Source: Candidatus Iainarchaeum sp.
GTDB taxonomy: Archaea; Iainarchaeota; Iainarchaeia; Iainarchaeales; JAXPJC01
NCBI GenBank assembly: GCA_016187745.1
Contig: JACPJC010000006.1
Location: 96,001-160,000, forward strand
DNA: 64,000 nt
Direction: 5' to 3'
In this document: positions 1 to 9,717 of the stretch, in pieces
How the letters are laid out: every line of letters starts with the position of its first letter
How positions within the stretch are numbered: position 1 is the stretch's first letter
The notes under the pieces: model-generated
What the model was told of the DNA's origin: nothing
Database searches by the model: none
The model's input: the letters and a program-made list of their open reading frames with translations, nothing else
Translations under genes and position numbers: made by a program

Positions 1-23
1 AGCTTGAGGAGCGCGGCATAAGG

Positions 24-488
24 GTGAAGGAAATTGCGGCCGAGGCTCTGGAGAAAGGGAAATTTTCCAGCGAAAGGAAAACCTCTGAGAGAAAGGCGCC
101 GGAATGGGTCGAATACAAGCCAAGGCAGATTGAGCAGCTTATTGTGCAGATGGCTAATTCCGGGCACACGGGCTCTGAAATAGGGATGCTTCTTAGGGAT
201 CAGTACGGAATCCCGAATGTTGAAACTGTAACAAAGAAAAGCATGCTTAAGATGCTGCAGGAAAACAATATTGCCCCGAAGATGCCTGAGGATCTGATGA
301 ATCTTATAAAGAAATCACTCAAGCTGCACAAGCACATGCAGCTTAACAGGAAGGACATGTCAGCAAAGCACGGGTATGTGCTTACGGTTTCAAAGATAAG
401 AAAGCTTTCAAATTACTACCAGAGGATGGGAAGGCTTGCGAAGGACTGGCGCTACAGCACAGAGGAAGCTGAGCTGCTGATGAAGTGA
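24..488 (+). CDS. rps15: 30S ribosomal protein uS15 (S15P/S13e); reading frame is open to the window edge, so the true start may lie upstream
   Basis: PEWV...SEIGMLLRDQYGIP...PEDLMNLIKK...H...N.KD..AK.G..L..SKIR.L..YY...L..DWRY signature; adjacent to eS1. Confidence 0.95.
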   Translation: MKEIAAEALEKGKFSSERKTSERKAPEWVEYKPRQIEQLIVQMANSGHTGSEIGMLLRDQYGIPNVETVTKKSMLKMLQENNIAPKMPEDLMNLIKKSLKLHKHMQLNRKDMSAKHGYVLTVSKIRKLSNYYQRMGRLAKDWRYSTEEAELLMK

Positions 489-500
489 TGAGGGAAAAAA

Positions 501-1145
501 ATGGCTGTTGAAACAAAGGAAAAGCAGAGCTCGCAGCAGCTGGTGCTGGAGCAGAGGAAGGCGGCAGACAAGTGGAAGAGGAAGAAATGGTTTGAGGTTC
601 TTGCCTCCGAGCAGTTTGACAACAGGCAGATAGCAAGCACGCCTGCTGAAAAGCCAGAGCTGCTTTTCGGGAGAACAGTCCTTGTTAACGCAGCAGACCT
701 CTCGGGGCAGGGGAAAAAGGCGCATATTTCGCTCAAGTTCAGCATTGCGGATGTGAAGGGGAACAAGGCATATGCGAAGGCGATGGGGCATGAGGTAAAT
801 GGCGGATATGTAAGAAGACTTATGCGCAGGCACATAAGCAAGATTGAAAGCACCCAGTACTTAACAGCGAAGGACGGGAAGAAGCTGAAGGTCAAAACGC
901 TTACAATAAGCGCTAGGAAGCTGAACAGGGGCCAGGAGACCGCGATAAGGAAGATAATGGAATCCGAAATTGCGGAGATATGCAAGGCGTATGATGCCGA
1001 CAAATTAATACATGATTTTGTGTTTGCAAACATTGCGCAGGGAATTTATTCAAAAGAGAAGAAGATTGCCAACATAAAGAAAGTTGAGATTGTGCAGTCA
1101 AGGCTTATTGAAAAATCTTCTGCGGCAAGTGAAAAAAATGTATGA
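501..1145 (+). CDS. rps3ae: 30S ribosomal protein eS1 (S3Ae)
   Basis: DKWKRKKWFEV...TPA...GRTV...DL...YVRRLMRR..SKI...T.DG motifs. Confidence 0.95.
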   Translation: MAVETKEKQSSQQLVLEQRKAADKWKRKKWFEVLASEQFDNRQIASTPAEKPELLFGRTVLVNAADLSGQGKKAHISLKFSIADVKGNKAYAKAMGHEVNGGYVRRLMRRHISKIESTQYLTAKDGKKLKVKTLTISARKLNRGQETAIRKIMESEIAEICKAYDADKLIHDFVFANIAQGIYSKEKKIANIKKVEIVQSRLIEKSSAASEKNV

Positions 1146-1806
1146 ACTTCTTCCTGCTGTAATTGCAATACTGGTTTTTTTCTCCATACTCTCATACAGG
1201 CTCAGGGCGCTTGATTTTTTCGGGGTGGTTGTGGGCTTTGCCGTCGGATTGCTCGTGTTCCTGCTTTCGGGGATTGTGCAGTTCGCTGCAATGCTGCTGT
1301 TTTTTGTTGTCGCTGAGTTCTGCACGCGCTGCGCGAACCTCTACAAGGCGAAAAGGCACTCTGTGAGGACTGCAAGCAATATCCTTGGGAATTCGCTTGC
1401 GGCAGTAATTGCGCTTGCTGTTGGAAGCAATATCGCGTATTTCGGGGCTGTTGCCGCAGCGCTCGCGGATACAATATCAAGCGAACTAGGGATTGCCCTT
1501 GGGCAGAAGCCGAGGCTTGTAACAAACCTTAGGAAGGTCGCTATCGGAACCAACGGGGCTGTTAGCTTATATGGGCTGGTTGTTAGTGCAATGGGCGCAT
1601 TGGTTATTGCGCTTGTTTATTTCCTCGCCTTTGGAAACGCGAAGGCAATAGTGTTCATTGCTGCGGCTGGATTTTTGGGCGGGGTTGCAGACAGCTTTGC
1701 AGGCGCAGTTCTTGAGAGAAAAGGGCTTATAAACAATGCAACAGTCAATTTTATCGGAAGCGCAACGGGCGCGGTAATTGCATATTTGTTGTTTGCATTT
1801 GCCTGA
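1138..1806 (+). CDS. DUF92/TMEM19 family integral membrane protein
   Basis: Multi-TM; R...NILGN, AAALADTISSELG, P.L.T.L..V..GTNGAVS, ADSFAGA..E, NNATVNF motifs; ATG overlaps eS1 stop. Confidence 0.9.
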   Translation: MYELLPAVIAILVFFSILSYRLRALDFFGVVVGFAVGLLVFLLSGIVQFAAMLLFFVVAEFCTRCANLYKAKRHSVRTASNILGNSLAAVIALAVGSNIAYFGAVAAALADTISSELGIALGQKPRLVTNLRKVAIGTNGAVSLYGLVVSAMGALVIALVYFLAFGNAKAIVFIAAAGFLGGVADSFAGAVLERKGLINNATVNFIGSATGAVIAYLLFAFA

Positions 1807-1863
1807 TTTTTTTATTATTTGCCAACCGATACAATTAAATTATTTAAATGCCAATCTAATACT

Positions 1864-1989
1864 ATGCCAAACAGGCCTGTTGTTCCCGGCAGACCACCGA
1901 AGCGAGAGAGAAAGAGGCTGAAGAAACTATACAAAGCCTTGTTTAATTCCGGGCCACCTGGAAAATTAGTGGAACTAAAACGGCAATAA
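1864..1989 (+). CDS. Small basic orphan ORF (41 aa, MPNRPVVPGRPPKRERKRLKKLYK...)
   Basis: Translated by hand; fills the gap between DUF92 and carS; TATA-like TATTTAAAT about 20 nt upstream. Confidence 0.4.
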   Translation: MPNRPVVPGRPPKRERKRLKKLYKALFNSGPPGKLVELKRQ

Positions 1990-2018
1990 GCGGCTTTGCG
2001 CGGTTAAGGTGATGCCAT

Positions 2019-2531
2019 TTGGAATTATTGATTATCAGAATTCTGCTTTATCTTTTGCCGATGTACATAGCAAACAGCAGCGCAATGCTTTTCGGGTTTG
2101 GGAGGCGCCTGGATGCGGGAAAAAACTTCACTGACGGGCGGGCGCTTCTGGGGAAGGGGAAAACTATTTCTGGAACGTGCGCGGGAATTTTCTTCGGCAC
2201 CCTTACAGCATTCACAATTTACATTATTTTTCCTGAGGTGAATTCCGCAATCAGCGCGAATTACATCGTGTTCGGGTTTTTGCTCTCGCTTGGCGCAATC
2301 TTCGGGGATATTGCGGAAAGCTTTTTGAAAAGGAGAATTGGAAGGGAGAGCGGGGCTGCGCTCCCAATCCTTGACCAGCTGGATTTTGCTATCGGGGGAA
2401 TTGTTTTTACGCTTGCTCTTTATGTGCCGGGCGCAATTGAAATTGCGGCAATTCTGGGCATTACGCTGATAATACATGTTGCGCTGAACGGCGCGGCTTA
2501 TCTGATTGGAGTCAAAAAAGTCCCTTGGTAA
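2019..2531 (+). CDS. carS: CDP-archaeol synthase
   Basis: LP.YIANS, LD.G....DGR.LLG.GKT..G, GA..GD..ESFLKRR.G...G...PILDQLDF, YL.G.KKVPW C-terminus. Confidence 0.95.
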   Translation: MELLIIRILLYLLPMYIANSSAMLFGFGRRLDAGKNFTDGRALLGKGKTISGTCAGIFFGTLTAFTIYIIFPEVNSAISANYIVFGFLLSLGAIFGDIAESFLKRRIGRESGAALPILDQLDFAIGGIVFTLALYVPGAIEIAAILGITLIIHVALNGAAYLIGVKKVPW

Positions 2532-2544
2532 ACTTGGGGTTAAT

Positions 2545-2614
2545 TAAAACATCAAGCACATAACGTTTGCAAGCCAAGCGTGCTTGATGTTTTATAAGGG
2601 CATTATGCCCTTAT
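2545..2614. terminator. Two adjacent perfect inverted repeats between convergent carS and secD
   Basis: TAAAACATCAAGCAC (2545-2559) / GTGCTTGATGTTTTA (2580-2594) with 20-nt loop; ATAAGGGCAT-T-ATGCCCTTAT (2594-2614). Terminator role is inferred. Confidence 0.55.
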
Positions 2615-4230
2615 TTTTCAGCAAGCAGGGCGCGCAGGATTTCAGCAAATGCGGGCCTTGTGATTAATACCCCTACCAAAACGCCCATTATTGTTGTGAT
2701 TGCAAACCCGACCAATTTGCTCATTCCGAAGCCGAAGAGAATCAATGGGAACATTGTTGCAATTACTGTGGAAGCGGAAGCTACAACAATGAAGAAGGCG
2801 CGCTTAACCCGCGTTGCAAGCGAGGCTGCCTGTTCTCCGGAGCCTTTTGTGGCTTCGTCCATCATTACTATCTGGTCCCCCACTCCGGTTCCAAGAACAG
2901 CCAACAATCCCGCAACAGCGGCAAGGTCGATGTTCCATCCCAGAAGCGAGGAAAACCCGAGAATTAAATACACTTCGCACAGGACGATTGCCATATTAAC
3001 CGCTGTAAGCTTTGCAATTTTGTAGCGCAGATACATTACAAAGGTAACGGCAATAAGCGCGAATATCCCTATAATCAGGGTTCCTACCAAGAACTCATTT
3101 CCAAGCAATGGGGAAATCGTTTCCTTGCTTACACTATCAACTGCGACAGGGAGCGAGCCGGATTCAAGAAGGATTGCTAAATCTGAAAGCCTGCTCTCGG
3201 CATCGGTTTTGCTTGAGGCAAAGCCCCTTATTATGAGATCGGGGAATATTCTCGCGTCATTTATATTTGCAACATATGGGTCCATGTTTGTTATGTCCTC
3301 GCTCAGTGAAATGACCTGCCTTGCGCCTGAGGCGTGCCAGGTCCAGGGAATCCCTTCCGGAGAGGAAATTTCCTTCAGGGTGTAGCCAATCTCTTCAAGG
3401 GCTGATTTGATTTTCGGATTGATTTCAGGCGGAATTATCGCATACCTGTGCGTTAAAACAAGCGATTTGAGTCCGGATTCCTGCTCTGAGCTTAAGTTCT
3501 CATCAACAGTGAAATTCGGCGCATTTATATTGAGGAGCAGCTCATCAATTTTCGTGTTTTGGGGAATGCTCTGCAGCATGTTTCCTGCGCTCAATGCTGC
3601 CTTGTCCGAATTGTAAAGCGCAATGGGCATCAAAATTACGGATTCAACAGGCCTGTCAATGAAGAAATATGTCCTGTCGCAGTCATACTGGTTGCCTGAT
3701 GTTGCATTGTAGGAGGTTATCCTGCACCTGTGGAACGCGGCATTTGAGAAGCTCCTTGCGGCCTTTTCTGTCAGCGTAAACGGCAGCACCCACGCATAGC
3801 TGTTTGCTGATTCCTCCCTGAATCCGTAGCCCTTCGCGGGATCCCTTGAAATCATTATTATGTCCGCGCCGGTGAATATCACATTGGTATCTATTGTAAC
3901 CTCGAATTTCCCCTGCCTTCTGAGAAGCCCTTCCAGCTTCTCAACAGTTGCGGGGTCGGTTTCGGCAATTTCCGCAACAACAAACTCATCGCCCCATGAG
4001 CTTACTCTCGTATCCTTCAATCCGGTCCAGTCAAGCCTGCCTTCTATTGTCGCGCGCACCCTTGCCATTTCATCCGCGCTCTGCACCTTTTCAGCAAGAT
4101 GTATCTGGAAGAGTGTGCCTCCTCTAAAATCCATGCCGAATTTTATCCCATTGAGAAGTATTACAAATGTGAAAAGTATTACCAAAACAATGGGAAGAGC
4201 AACGCGCCAGTTTTTCAGCAATTGGTTCAT
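2611..4230 (-). CDS. secD: Protein translocase subunit SecD
   Basis: G.DF.GG after TM1, L.SGSLP, ISP.LG, DLAAVAG....GTGVGDQIV..DE, GFA.TT..GV..GVLITRPAF. Confidence 0.95.
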   Translation of the reverse strand: MNQLLKNWRVALPIVLVILFTFVILLNGIKFGMDFRGGTLFQIHLAEKVQSADEMARVRATIEGRLDWTGLKDTRVSSWGDEFVVAEIAETDPATVEKLEGLLRRQGKFEVTIDTNVIFTGADIIMISRDPAKGYGFREESANSYAWVLPFTLTEKAARSFSNAAFHRCRITSYNATSGNQYDCDRTYFFIDRPVESVILMPIALYNSDKAALSAGNMLQSIPQNTKIDELLLNINAPNFTVDENLSSEQESGLKSLVLTHRYAIIPPEINPKIKSALEEIGYTLKEISSPEGIPWTWHASGARQVISLSEDITNMDPYVANINDARIFPDLIIRGFASSKTDAESRLSDLAILLESGSLPVAVDSVSKETISPLLGNEFLVGTLIIGIFALIAVTFVMYLRYKIAKLTAVNMAIVLCEVYLILGFSSLLGWNIDLAAVAGLLAVLGTGVGDQIVMMDEATKGSGEQAASLATRVKRAFFIVVASASTVIATMFPLILFGFGMSKLVGFAITTIMGVLVGVLITRPAFAEILRALLAEK

Positions 4231-4232
4231 AA

Positions 4233-5321
4233 TTATGCCTGCCTCTTTTTCTCCCGCCTTTCAGCATACCAGAGCAGCAGCGGGGCGTTAAAAAGCCATG
4301 TTGCAACAATGTCCCCAATCTGCCCGAAAAGAATTACAGAGGAAATCTCAAATATTACGGAAATCTGCATAATGTAGGAGCCTGCAAGCATTACCGCAAG
4401 GGCAGCAATTGCTGTAAGCGTCATTGTCATCCCTGTTATGAAGGAGCTCCAGGAGCGCTGTGCGGGAGTGTCCTCCCTTCTTGTAAGGACGCGCGTTGTG
4501 AGCAGTATGTCCGTTGCAATAGAATATCCTATGAGCATCATGAGCGCAGGAATTGTTGTAAGGGAGAGCGGAATTCCGAATATCGCCATTCCCGCAAGCC
4601 CTGAAAGAATGTCAAAAATGCCCGCTGCTATTACAGCAAGCGAGGGGATAATTTTCCTGAACAGCGCGAAAACCACAATGACAATCGCAATGAAGGCAAT
4701 GAACATTACAAACACCGCATTTTCCCAGAATGTTTTTCCGAGAACTGCGGAAATTTCGCGCTGCTCAACCCTCACATTTGAGCTCAGGCCGAACTCCTCC
4801 GCGATTATTTCCTTTATCTTGTCCTGGAAATACTGCTTTGATTTTGTGAGCGCGTCATTCGCAATTGAGACCATTTCCTCGGCATTTTCAGAATACAGCG
4901 GGGCGGCGTATTTTGAAAGGATTTTCACCGCGTTCCGCGCGTGCGAAATTGCCTGCTCCGGGGACTTCAACAAAAGCGAGTTGGCTGCTGTTATTTCCTT
5001 TTCCGCGGCGCTCAGCTCAAGGTTTTCCGAGAACTGTATGCTCGCGCCTATGGTGCCTGAAGAGGAAATTCCCGTAACTTGCAGGTTCTTAAGGCTGAAT
5101 TCCTGATTTAAAAGCGCTTCAAGCGACTTTGTGTCAATTTCCTTTGCCTGCGCTGTGCGGTCCGCGCGCAGTATTATGCGGGTTCCGCCCTGGAGGTCCA
5201 TTCCGAAGGTCACTCCGGGGAATGCCGCAACAATAATTATAAGTATGAAATAGAGCACTATGGGGATTATCATGTAGCGCTTGTAGTTTCCCTCGTAGAA
5301 TTTGCCTGCATTCCCAAACAT
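4233..5321 (-). CDS. secF: Protein translocase subunit SecF
   Basis: G.DLQGG, FR...PS.AV, TIPAL.M.IGYS..TDILLTTRVL, TG.TMT.T, D...TW.FNA. Confidence 0.95.
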   Translation of the reverse strand: MFGNAGKFYEGNYKRYMIIPIVLYFILIIIVAAFPGVTFGMDLQGGTRIILRADRTAQAKEIDTKSLEALLNQEFSLKNLQVTGISSSGTIGASIQFSENLELSAAEKEITAANSLLLKSPEQAISHARNAVKILSKYAAPLYSENAEEMVSIANDALTKSKQYFQDKIKEIIAEEFGLSSNVRVEQREISAVLGKTFWENAVFVMFIAFIAIVIVVFALFRKIIPSLAVIAAGIFDILSGLAGMAIFGIPLSLTTIPALMMLIGYSIATDILLTTRVLTRREDTPAQRSWSSFITGMTMTLTAIAALAVMLAGSYIMQISVIFEISSVILFGQIGDIVATWLFNAPLLLWYAERREKKRQA

Positions 5322-5482
5322 GTTTCTGCCCCGAAATAGCGATGCCGATTTATTTTATTGTTTTATTAATTGAATGAGATTAGTATTAAATAGGTTATTG
5401 TATAAGCACAATTAAAGATGAAGGCAGGAAATGAACTAATGGAGTTTGCATTGAAAACTGTTAAAGATGGAAAATTCATATT

Positions 5483-6586
5483 TTATTGGGAATAGAGCTT
5501 GTAAGCTCCGTCCTCTATTATATACAAATCATATTCTTTTTGCACATCCCCGTTCGGATCAAATTGTATTGTTCCTGATGCGCCTTCAAGGTTTATTGAA
5601 TTCAGGTAATTCTTTATCTGCGGGCCTGTTGTGTTGCCCGCTTTTATTGCATTTATGAGAATTGTTGCGGCATCATATGCTTCTGCCGCATAGGCATCTG
5701 TGTCTCTTCCATATTCTTTCTTGTATTTTTCTCTGAAATCTTGGGCTATTGAAGTGGTTGAGACATGCGGATATGTGAAGATTGTTCCATTTATTGCATG
5801 TCCTGAATTCTGTATTACATCATTGTCAGCAAATGTCTCCGGGCCGAAGAATTGCAGCTCCATGCCCAGTTCCTTTGCCTGCTTCAGAATTATCGGGGGC
5901 TCTTTTGCAAGCGAAACTATAATCAGGCTGTCTGGATTTTTTGACTGTATCTTCAAAAGCTGGGTCCTGAAATCCTTTGCATCCTGCTCAAAGGCCTCAA
6001 CCGCCAATGCCCCAATGTTTAATTCTCTAAGCCTATTCGCAATTACGTCCTTTAGTGCGGAGCCGTAATCATTGTTTATGAAGATGATTGCGGGCTTTCT
6101 GTATTTGAGATTATAGACTGCTTCAGCAAGGGTTTTTCCCTGCACCGCATCATGCGGAATTGTCCTGAAAACATATTCGCTTATTCCGGAGATTGTTGGG
6201 TTTGTTGAGCCTGCTGAAACCAGTACAACCCCCTCACTATCAACAACTGGCGCAATTGCAAGGGTTTCGCCGGAGCAAAGGCCCCCTAAAATTGCTTCAA
6301 CCCCGTCAATCTCAATCAGTTTTTTTGCGGCGGTTACGGCATCCCTTCCGCTGCATTTTCCGTCCTCAAAAACAAATTCAATATCGGCGCCGGAGTCCTT
6401 CAAAGCCAGAAGGGCGCCATTTTTCACCCCTTCAAACAAGGATGCCACATCGCCGCTAAGGGGGCCAATCACGCCGATTTTTGCCTTTTCCCTGTCTGCG
6501 GAAAACAGCGCAAATCCTGTCAAACTAATGCCGATTAGGGCAGCAGCCATAATCAAGGCAATTATCCCAAGAGCTAATTTCTTCAT
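5483..6586 (-). CDS. Branched-chain amino-acid ABC substrate-binding protein (LivJ/K-like, periplasmic binding protein type 1)
   Basis: N-terminal TM; KIG...PLSG, EDGKC, GGLCS, FRT.P.D..QG, N.DYG, DFRTQL, AYDA, G.SG.I.FD.NGD; GGGGTG RBS. Confidence 0.9.
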   Translation of the reverse strand: MKKLALGIIALIMAAALIGISLTGFALFSADREKAKIGVIGPLSGDVASLFEGVKNGALLALKDSGADIEFVFEDGKCSGRDAVTAAKKLIEIDGVEAILGGLCSGETLAIAPVVDSEGVVLVSAGSTNPTISGISEYVFRTIPHDAVQGKTLAEAVYNLKYRKPAIIFINNDYGSALKDVIANRLRELNIGALAVEAFEQDAKDFRTQLLKIQSKNPDSLIIVSLAKEPPIILKQAKELGMELQFFGPETFADNDVIQNSGHAINGTIFTYPHVSTTSIAQDFREKYKKEYGRDTDAYAAEAYDAATILINAIKAGNTTGPQIKNYLNSINLEGASGTIQFDPNGDVQKEYDLYIIEDGAYKLYSQ

Positions 6587-6634
6587 TTTCCACCCCAAAT
6601 AAACTGCTTGGGATGTGGAATAATAGGCCGGGGC

Positions 6635-6646
6635 TGACATATGTCA
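6635..6646. promoter_or_regulatory. Perfect 12-bp palindrome TGACATATGTCA; putative operator between divergent genes
   Basis: Lies in the ~90-bp divergent gap between the binding-protein gene and the HTH-10 regulator, next to a TATA-like TTTTTAAA. Confidence 0.5.
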
Positions 6647-6679
6647 TATTTTTAAAGTTTTCTAGTGAATAAGTTATTT

Positions 6680-7378
6680 ATGGTCCTGGAAAAATTTAAA
6701 GAGGTAAAACTGGGCGTTTTTCACAACGATTGCTACTGCTCCGAAACAACCGCAAAATTCCCGGAGATTTTTGCAAGGCAGACTTCCCAGGTGAATATCT
6801 ACAAGAGGGCGGGTGAAAAGATTTTCTACAAAATGGCCTATAAACTTGAGTCTCCTGACCGGCAGTATTTGGAAAGCTATCTGGATTATGTTAAAAAATT
6901 CCCAACTGTGAAAAGCGTTAAAATATTCCATAAAACAAATTCAAATGCGTATATGCTCGCGGATGCTGTTTCAAATGGCTTGACATACAATGAGATATTA
7001 AAGAAGGGCATTATTTACTCGCATCCGGTTGATTTATACAAGGGATATGAGCTGCATTCCTTCATTTCAACAAAGCCGAAGGAGACAATTAAACTGATAA
7101 ATGAATTAAAGGATACCAGGGGGGAGGTAAAAATACTGGGGATTTCAGATATTGATGAAAATGAGAGGATTTTTGATCTGACCCCGAATCAAATGAAGGT
7201 ATTGAAGGTTGCACTGAGGTCCGGCTATTATGAATGGCCCAGAAAGGCGACGCTGGAGGAGATGGCTTCTTCCATCGGCTTGAAAAGGCGAACCTTCCAG
7301 GAGCGCCTGAGAAAGGCGGAAAACAGGCTTTTCCCAAAGCTGATAAAAAACTATCTGCCCCAGACTGAGGGCTTGTAG
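6680..7378 (+). CDS. Bacterio-opsin-activator-like HTH-10 transcriptional regulator
   Basis: C-terminal LT.NQ..VL..A...GYYEWPRK.TLEE.A...G....T..E.LRKAE; N-terminal H.DC. Confidence 0.9.
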   Translation: MVLEKFKEVKLGVFHNDCYCSETTAKFPEIFARQTSQVNIYKRAGEKIFYKMAYKLESPDRQYLESYLDYVKKFPTVKSVKIFHKTNSNAYMLADAVSNGLTYNEILKKGIIYSHPVDLYKGYELHSFISTKPKETIKLINELKDTRGEVKILGISDIDENERIFDLTPNQMKVLKVALRSGYYEWPRKATLEEMASSIGLKRRTFQERLRKAENRLFPKLIKNYLPQTEGL

Positions 7379-7387
7379 AATAAACAC

Positions 7388-8362
7388 TTATTTCTGCGTC
7401 AAATAGGTGTACTTGAATTCTTCAACAATGCTCAATACTTCCAGGTTCTTTATCACATCGCCGAATTTGTTTCTCAATTCAACAATCAATCCATCAAGCT
7501 TGGATTCCTCTATTTCGAGCTCCATATTCAGATCGTATACGCCGATTGTCCTGATCCAGAAGAGAATATTCGGGTGCTGCAATGCAAAATTATGAAATGC
7601 CTTTTCCCTTTCCTTTGAGAGGTTTTTCAAATTAAGGAGAATTGTGTAATAGCCCAAGCCGAGCTTTTTGAGATTTAACAAGACCCCGTGCCCAAGAATA
7701 ACTTTTTCCTTTTCAAGTTTTTTTATCCTGTTTCTGACAGTGTCTGGCGAAACATTGAATTTCCCCGCCATCTCTATTAATGTTAATCTGCTGTTTGTTG
7801 AAAGCTGCTCTAGAATTTTTTGCTCCAGGGAATCAACCTTAATTTGGCTGAATTTTCCGTCGTATTCTATCATTTCAACCGGCTGGCCCCCATACAAGTA
7901 CGCCCTGTTGAAATCCGAGAATGTGAGGCAGCTCACTACTTCCTTTTCCTGGATAAAATCCTCAAATCCGGCTATCGTTTCTTTGAAGAGATTCATGAAA
8001 TGGTTCGGGTCCTTTACAAACATCGAGACAATCATGTCCCAGCGGCCCCTGCACGAAACAACCCAGTTTGTATATTTGCTTTCAACAAGGCGCCTGATTA
8101 GGGCGTTTTCCCTTTCTGCCGAAAGGCTCTGGAAGCGCAGAAAAATCCTGTAGCCTATCGGGAAAAGCGCCCCCCTGTTGATAACGCAGTAAATTTTTTT
8201 GATGATGCCTTCATTGATCAGGCGCTGGATCCTGTAAGCAACAACATGCTCATTTGCCCTTGCCTTTTTTGCAATCGCCTTGTTTGATTGCCTCGAATTC
8301 TCTTCCAAAGCGGCCAATATCTTCTTGTCTGTTTTGTCGAGGGCAAAAAACTCCGCAGCCAT
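7388..8362 (-). CDS. Tandem (double) Lrp/AsnC family regulator
   Basis: Two LD..D.KIL..L..NSR wHTH units, each followed by an AsnC-like ligand domain (G.WD / G.YD). Confidence 0.9.
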   Translation of the reverse strand: MAAEFFALDKTDKKILAALEENSRQSNKAIAKKARANEHVVAYRIQRLINEGIIKKIYCVINRGALFPIGYRIFLRFQSLSAERENALIRRLVESKYTNWVVSCRGRWDMIVSMFVKDPNHFMNLFKETIAGFEDFIQEKEVVSCLTFSDFNRAYLYGGQPVEMIEYDGKFSQIKVDSLEQKILEQLSTNSRLTLIEMAGKFNVSPDTVRNRIKKLEKEKVILGHGVLLNLKKLGLGYYTILLNLKNLSKEREKAFHNFALQHPNILFWIRTIGVYDLNMELEIEESKLDGLIVELRNKFGDVIKNLEVLSIVEEFKYTYLTQK

Positions 8363-8370
8363 ATGCATAA

Positions 8371-8460
8371 AAACGATAAAAATCATTAAAAATCTATTTT
8401 TTATAGCAAAATTATGAAAAAAGTGTTATTAATACTAAAAAACAAGTATTTTTATCGTTT
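8371..8460. promoter_or_regulatory. 13-bp inverted repeat bracketing a divergent promoter
   Basis: AAACGATAAAAAT (8371-8383) and ATTTTTATCGTTT (8448-8460), each just upstream of a start codon. Confidence 0.55.
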
Positions 8461-8479
8461 AACTAGGGGTGATGAAAAA

Positions 8480-9628
8480 GTGAACAGGCGCATAATTCTG
8501 ATTTCGGCTGCGGTCATTGCTGTTGGTCTGGTTGTGTTTTTTGGCTTGAATCAAATGGGCCTTGCTGGCTTAAGCGCCCCGGAGGGCGCGGGAGGCACTG
8601 TTAAAATTGGCATAATGCTCCCTTTAACAGGCGATGCTGCATTGTATGGCGAGAGCATTGGAACTTCATTGGAACTTGCAAAGGAAGAAATAAATGCGGA
8701 GGGGGGCATTCTGGGCAGGGAAGTTGAATTGGTCTTGGAGGATTCCGCGTGCAATGCGAATGAAGGGGTAAAGGCAATAAACAGCTTAGTGAATTTGAAG
8801 GGATTGAAGCTCATCATTGCTGCGGAGTGCAGCGGCCCAAGCCTTACTGCTGCGCCGGTTGCGGAAGATGCAAAGGCCCTTTATCTGGTTGCTGTTGCAA
8901 GCAACCCTGACATAAAGTACGCCGGAGACTATGTTTTCAGAATCGCCCCGAGCGATGCGCAGCAGGGAAAGGATATTGCGCAAATTGTTTACGATGGGGG
9001 ATTCAGAAATACTGCGGTTTTATTTATGGACAATGCATACGGAGAAGGGATTGCGGGGGTTTTTATGGAAGAAATTGGAAGGCTTGGCGGAAAAGTTGCA
9101 ATCAAGCAGCGCTTCAACCAGGATGATTCTGATTTCAGGACCCAGCTTTTGAAAACTAAGGAAACAGGGCCTGATTCCCTGTTCGTTGTTGGCTATCCGC
9201 AGGCATACCAGCTCATAATCAAGCAGATGTATGAGTTGGGATTGAATGCGCAGATATTTGCAGGCGACACATTCAAGGAGGCATCCATTGTGGAAGCGCT
9301 GGGGGATAAGGTAGAAGGCGCTATTTTTTCAGCGTATGCTGAAAGCAATTCGGAGGAATTCAGGCGGTTCAAGGAAGCCTACAGGAAAAAATATGGAAAA
9401 GAGTACGGCCCATACGGGGATTATGGGTATGACAGCCTTTATGTGCTGAAAGCAGGCATTGAATATGCAAAAAGCTTTGATCCGGAAGTGCTGAAGGAGA
9501 AATTATACGGGGTTGAATATCGCGGGGTTACGGGCCTAACGAAATTCGACTCATACGGGGAAGTGGACAAGCCTTTCGGAATAATGACTGTGAAGGATGG
9601 GATGTTTGTGCCTTATGAGGCGGGCTGA
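8480..9628 (+). CDS. Branched-chain amino-acid ABC substrate-binding protein (second copy)
   Basis: KIG..LPLTG, EINA.GGI.GR.VELV.ED..C, YVFR.AP.D..QG, DFRTQL, G.TG...FD..G; GGGGTGA RBS then GTG. Confidence 0.9.
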   Translation: MNRRIILISAAVIAVGLVVFFGLNQMGLAGLSAPEGAGGTVKIGIMLPLTGDAALYGESIGTSLELAKEEINAEGGILGREVELVLEDSACNANEGVKAINSLVNLKGLKLIIAAECSGPSLTAAPVAEDAKALYLVAVASNPDIKYAGDYVFRIAPSDAQQGKDIAQIVYDGGFRNTAVLFMDNAYGEGIAGVFMEEIGRLGGKVAIKQRFNQDDSDFRTQLLKTKETGPDSLFVVGYPQAYQLIIKQMYELGLNAQIFAGDTFKEASIVEALGDKVEGAIFSAYAESNSEEFRRFKEAYRKKYGKEYGPYGDYGYDSLYVLKAGIEYAKSFDPEVLKEKLYGVEYRGVTGLTKFDSYGEVDKPFGIMTVKDGMFVPYEAG

Positions 9629-9717
9629 AAAGGCAATTGGCGCAAGTAACATTCCGGAAATCAGCCTCCATCAATTAGTTAATTTAATTAACTCTTTTTT
9701 CCTTTATATTTGGTTTT

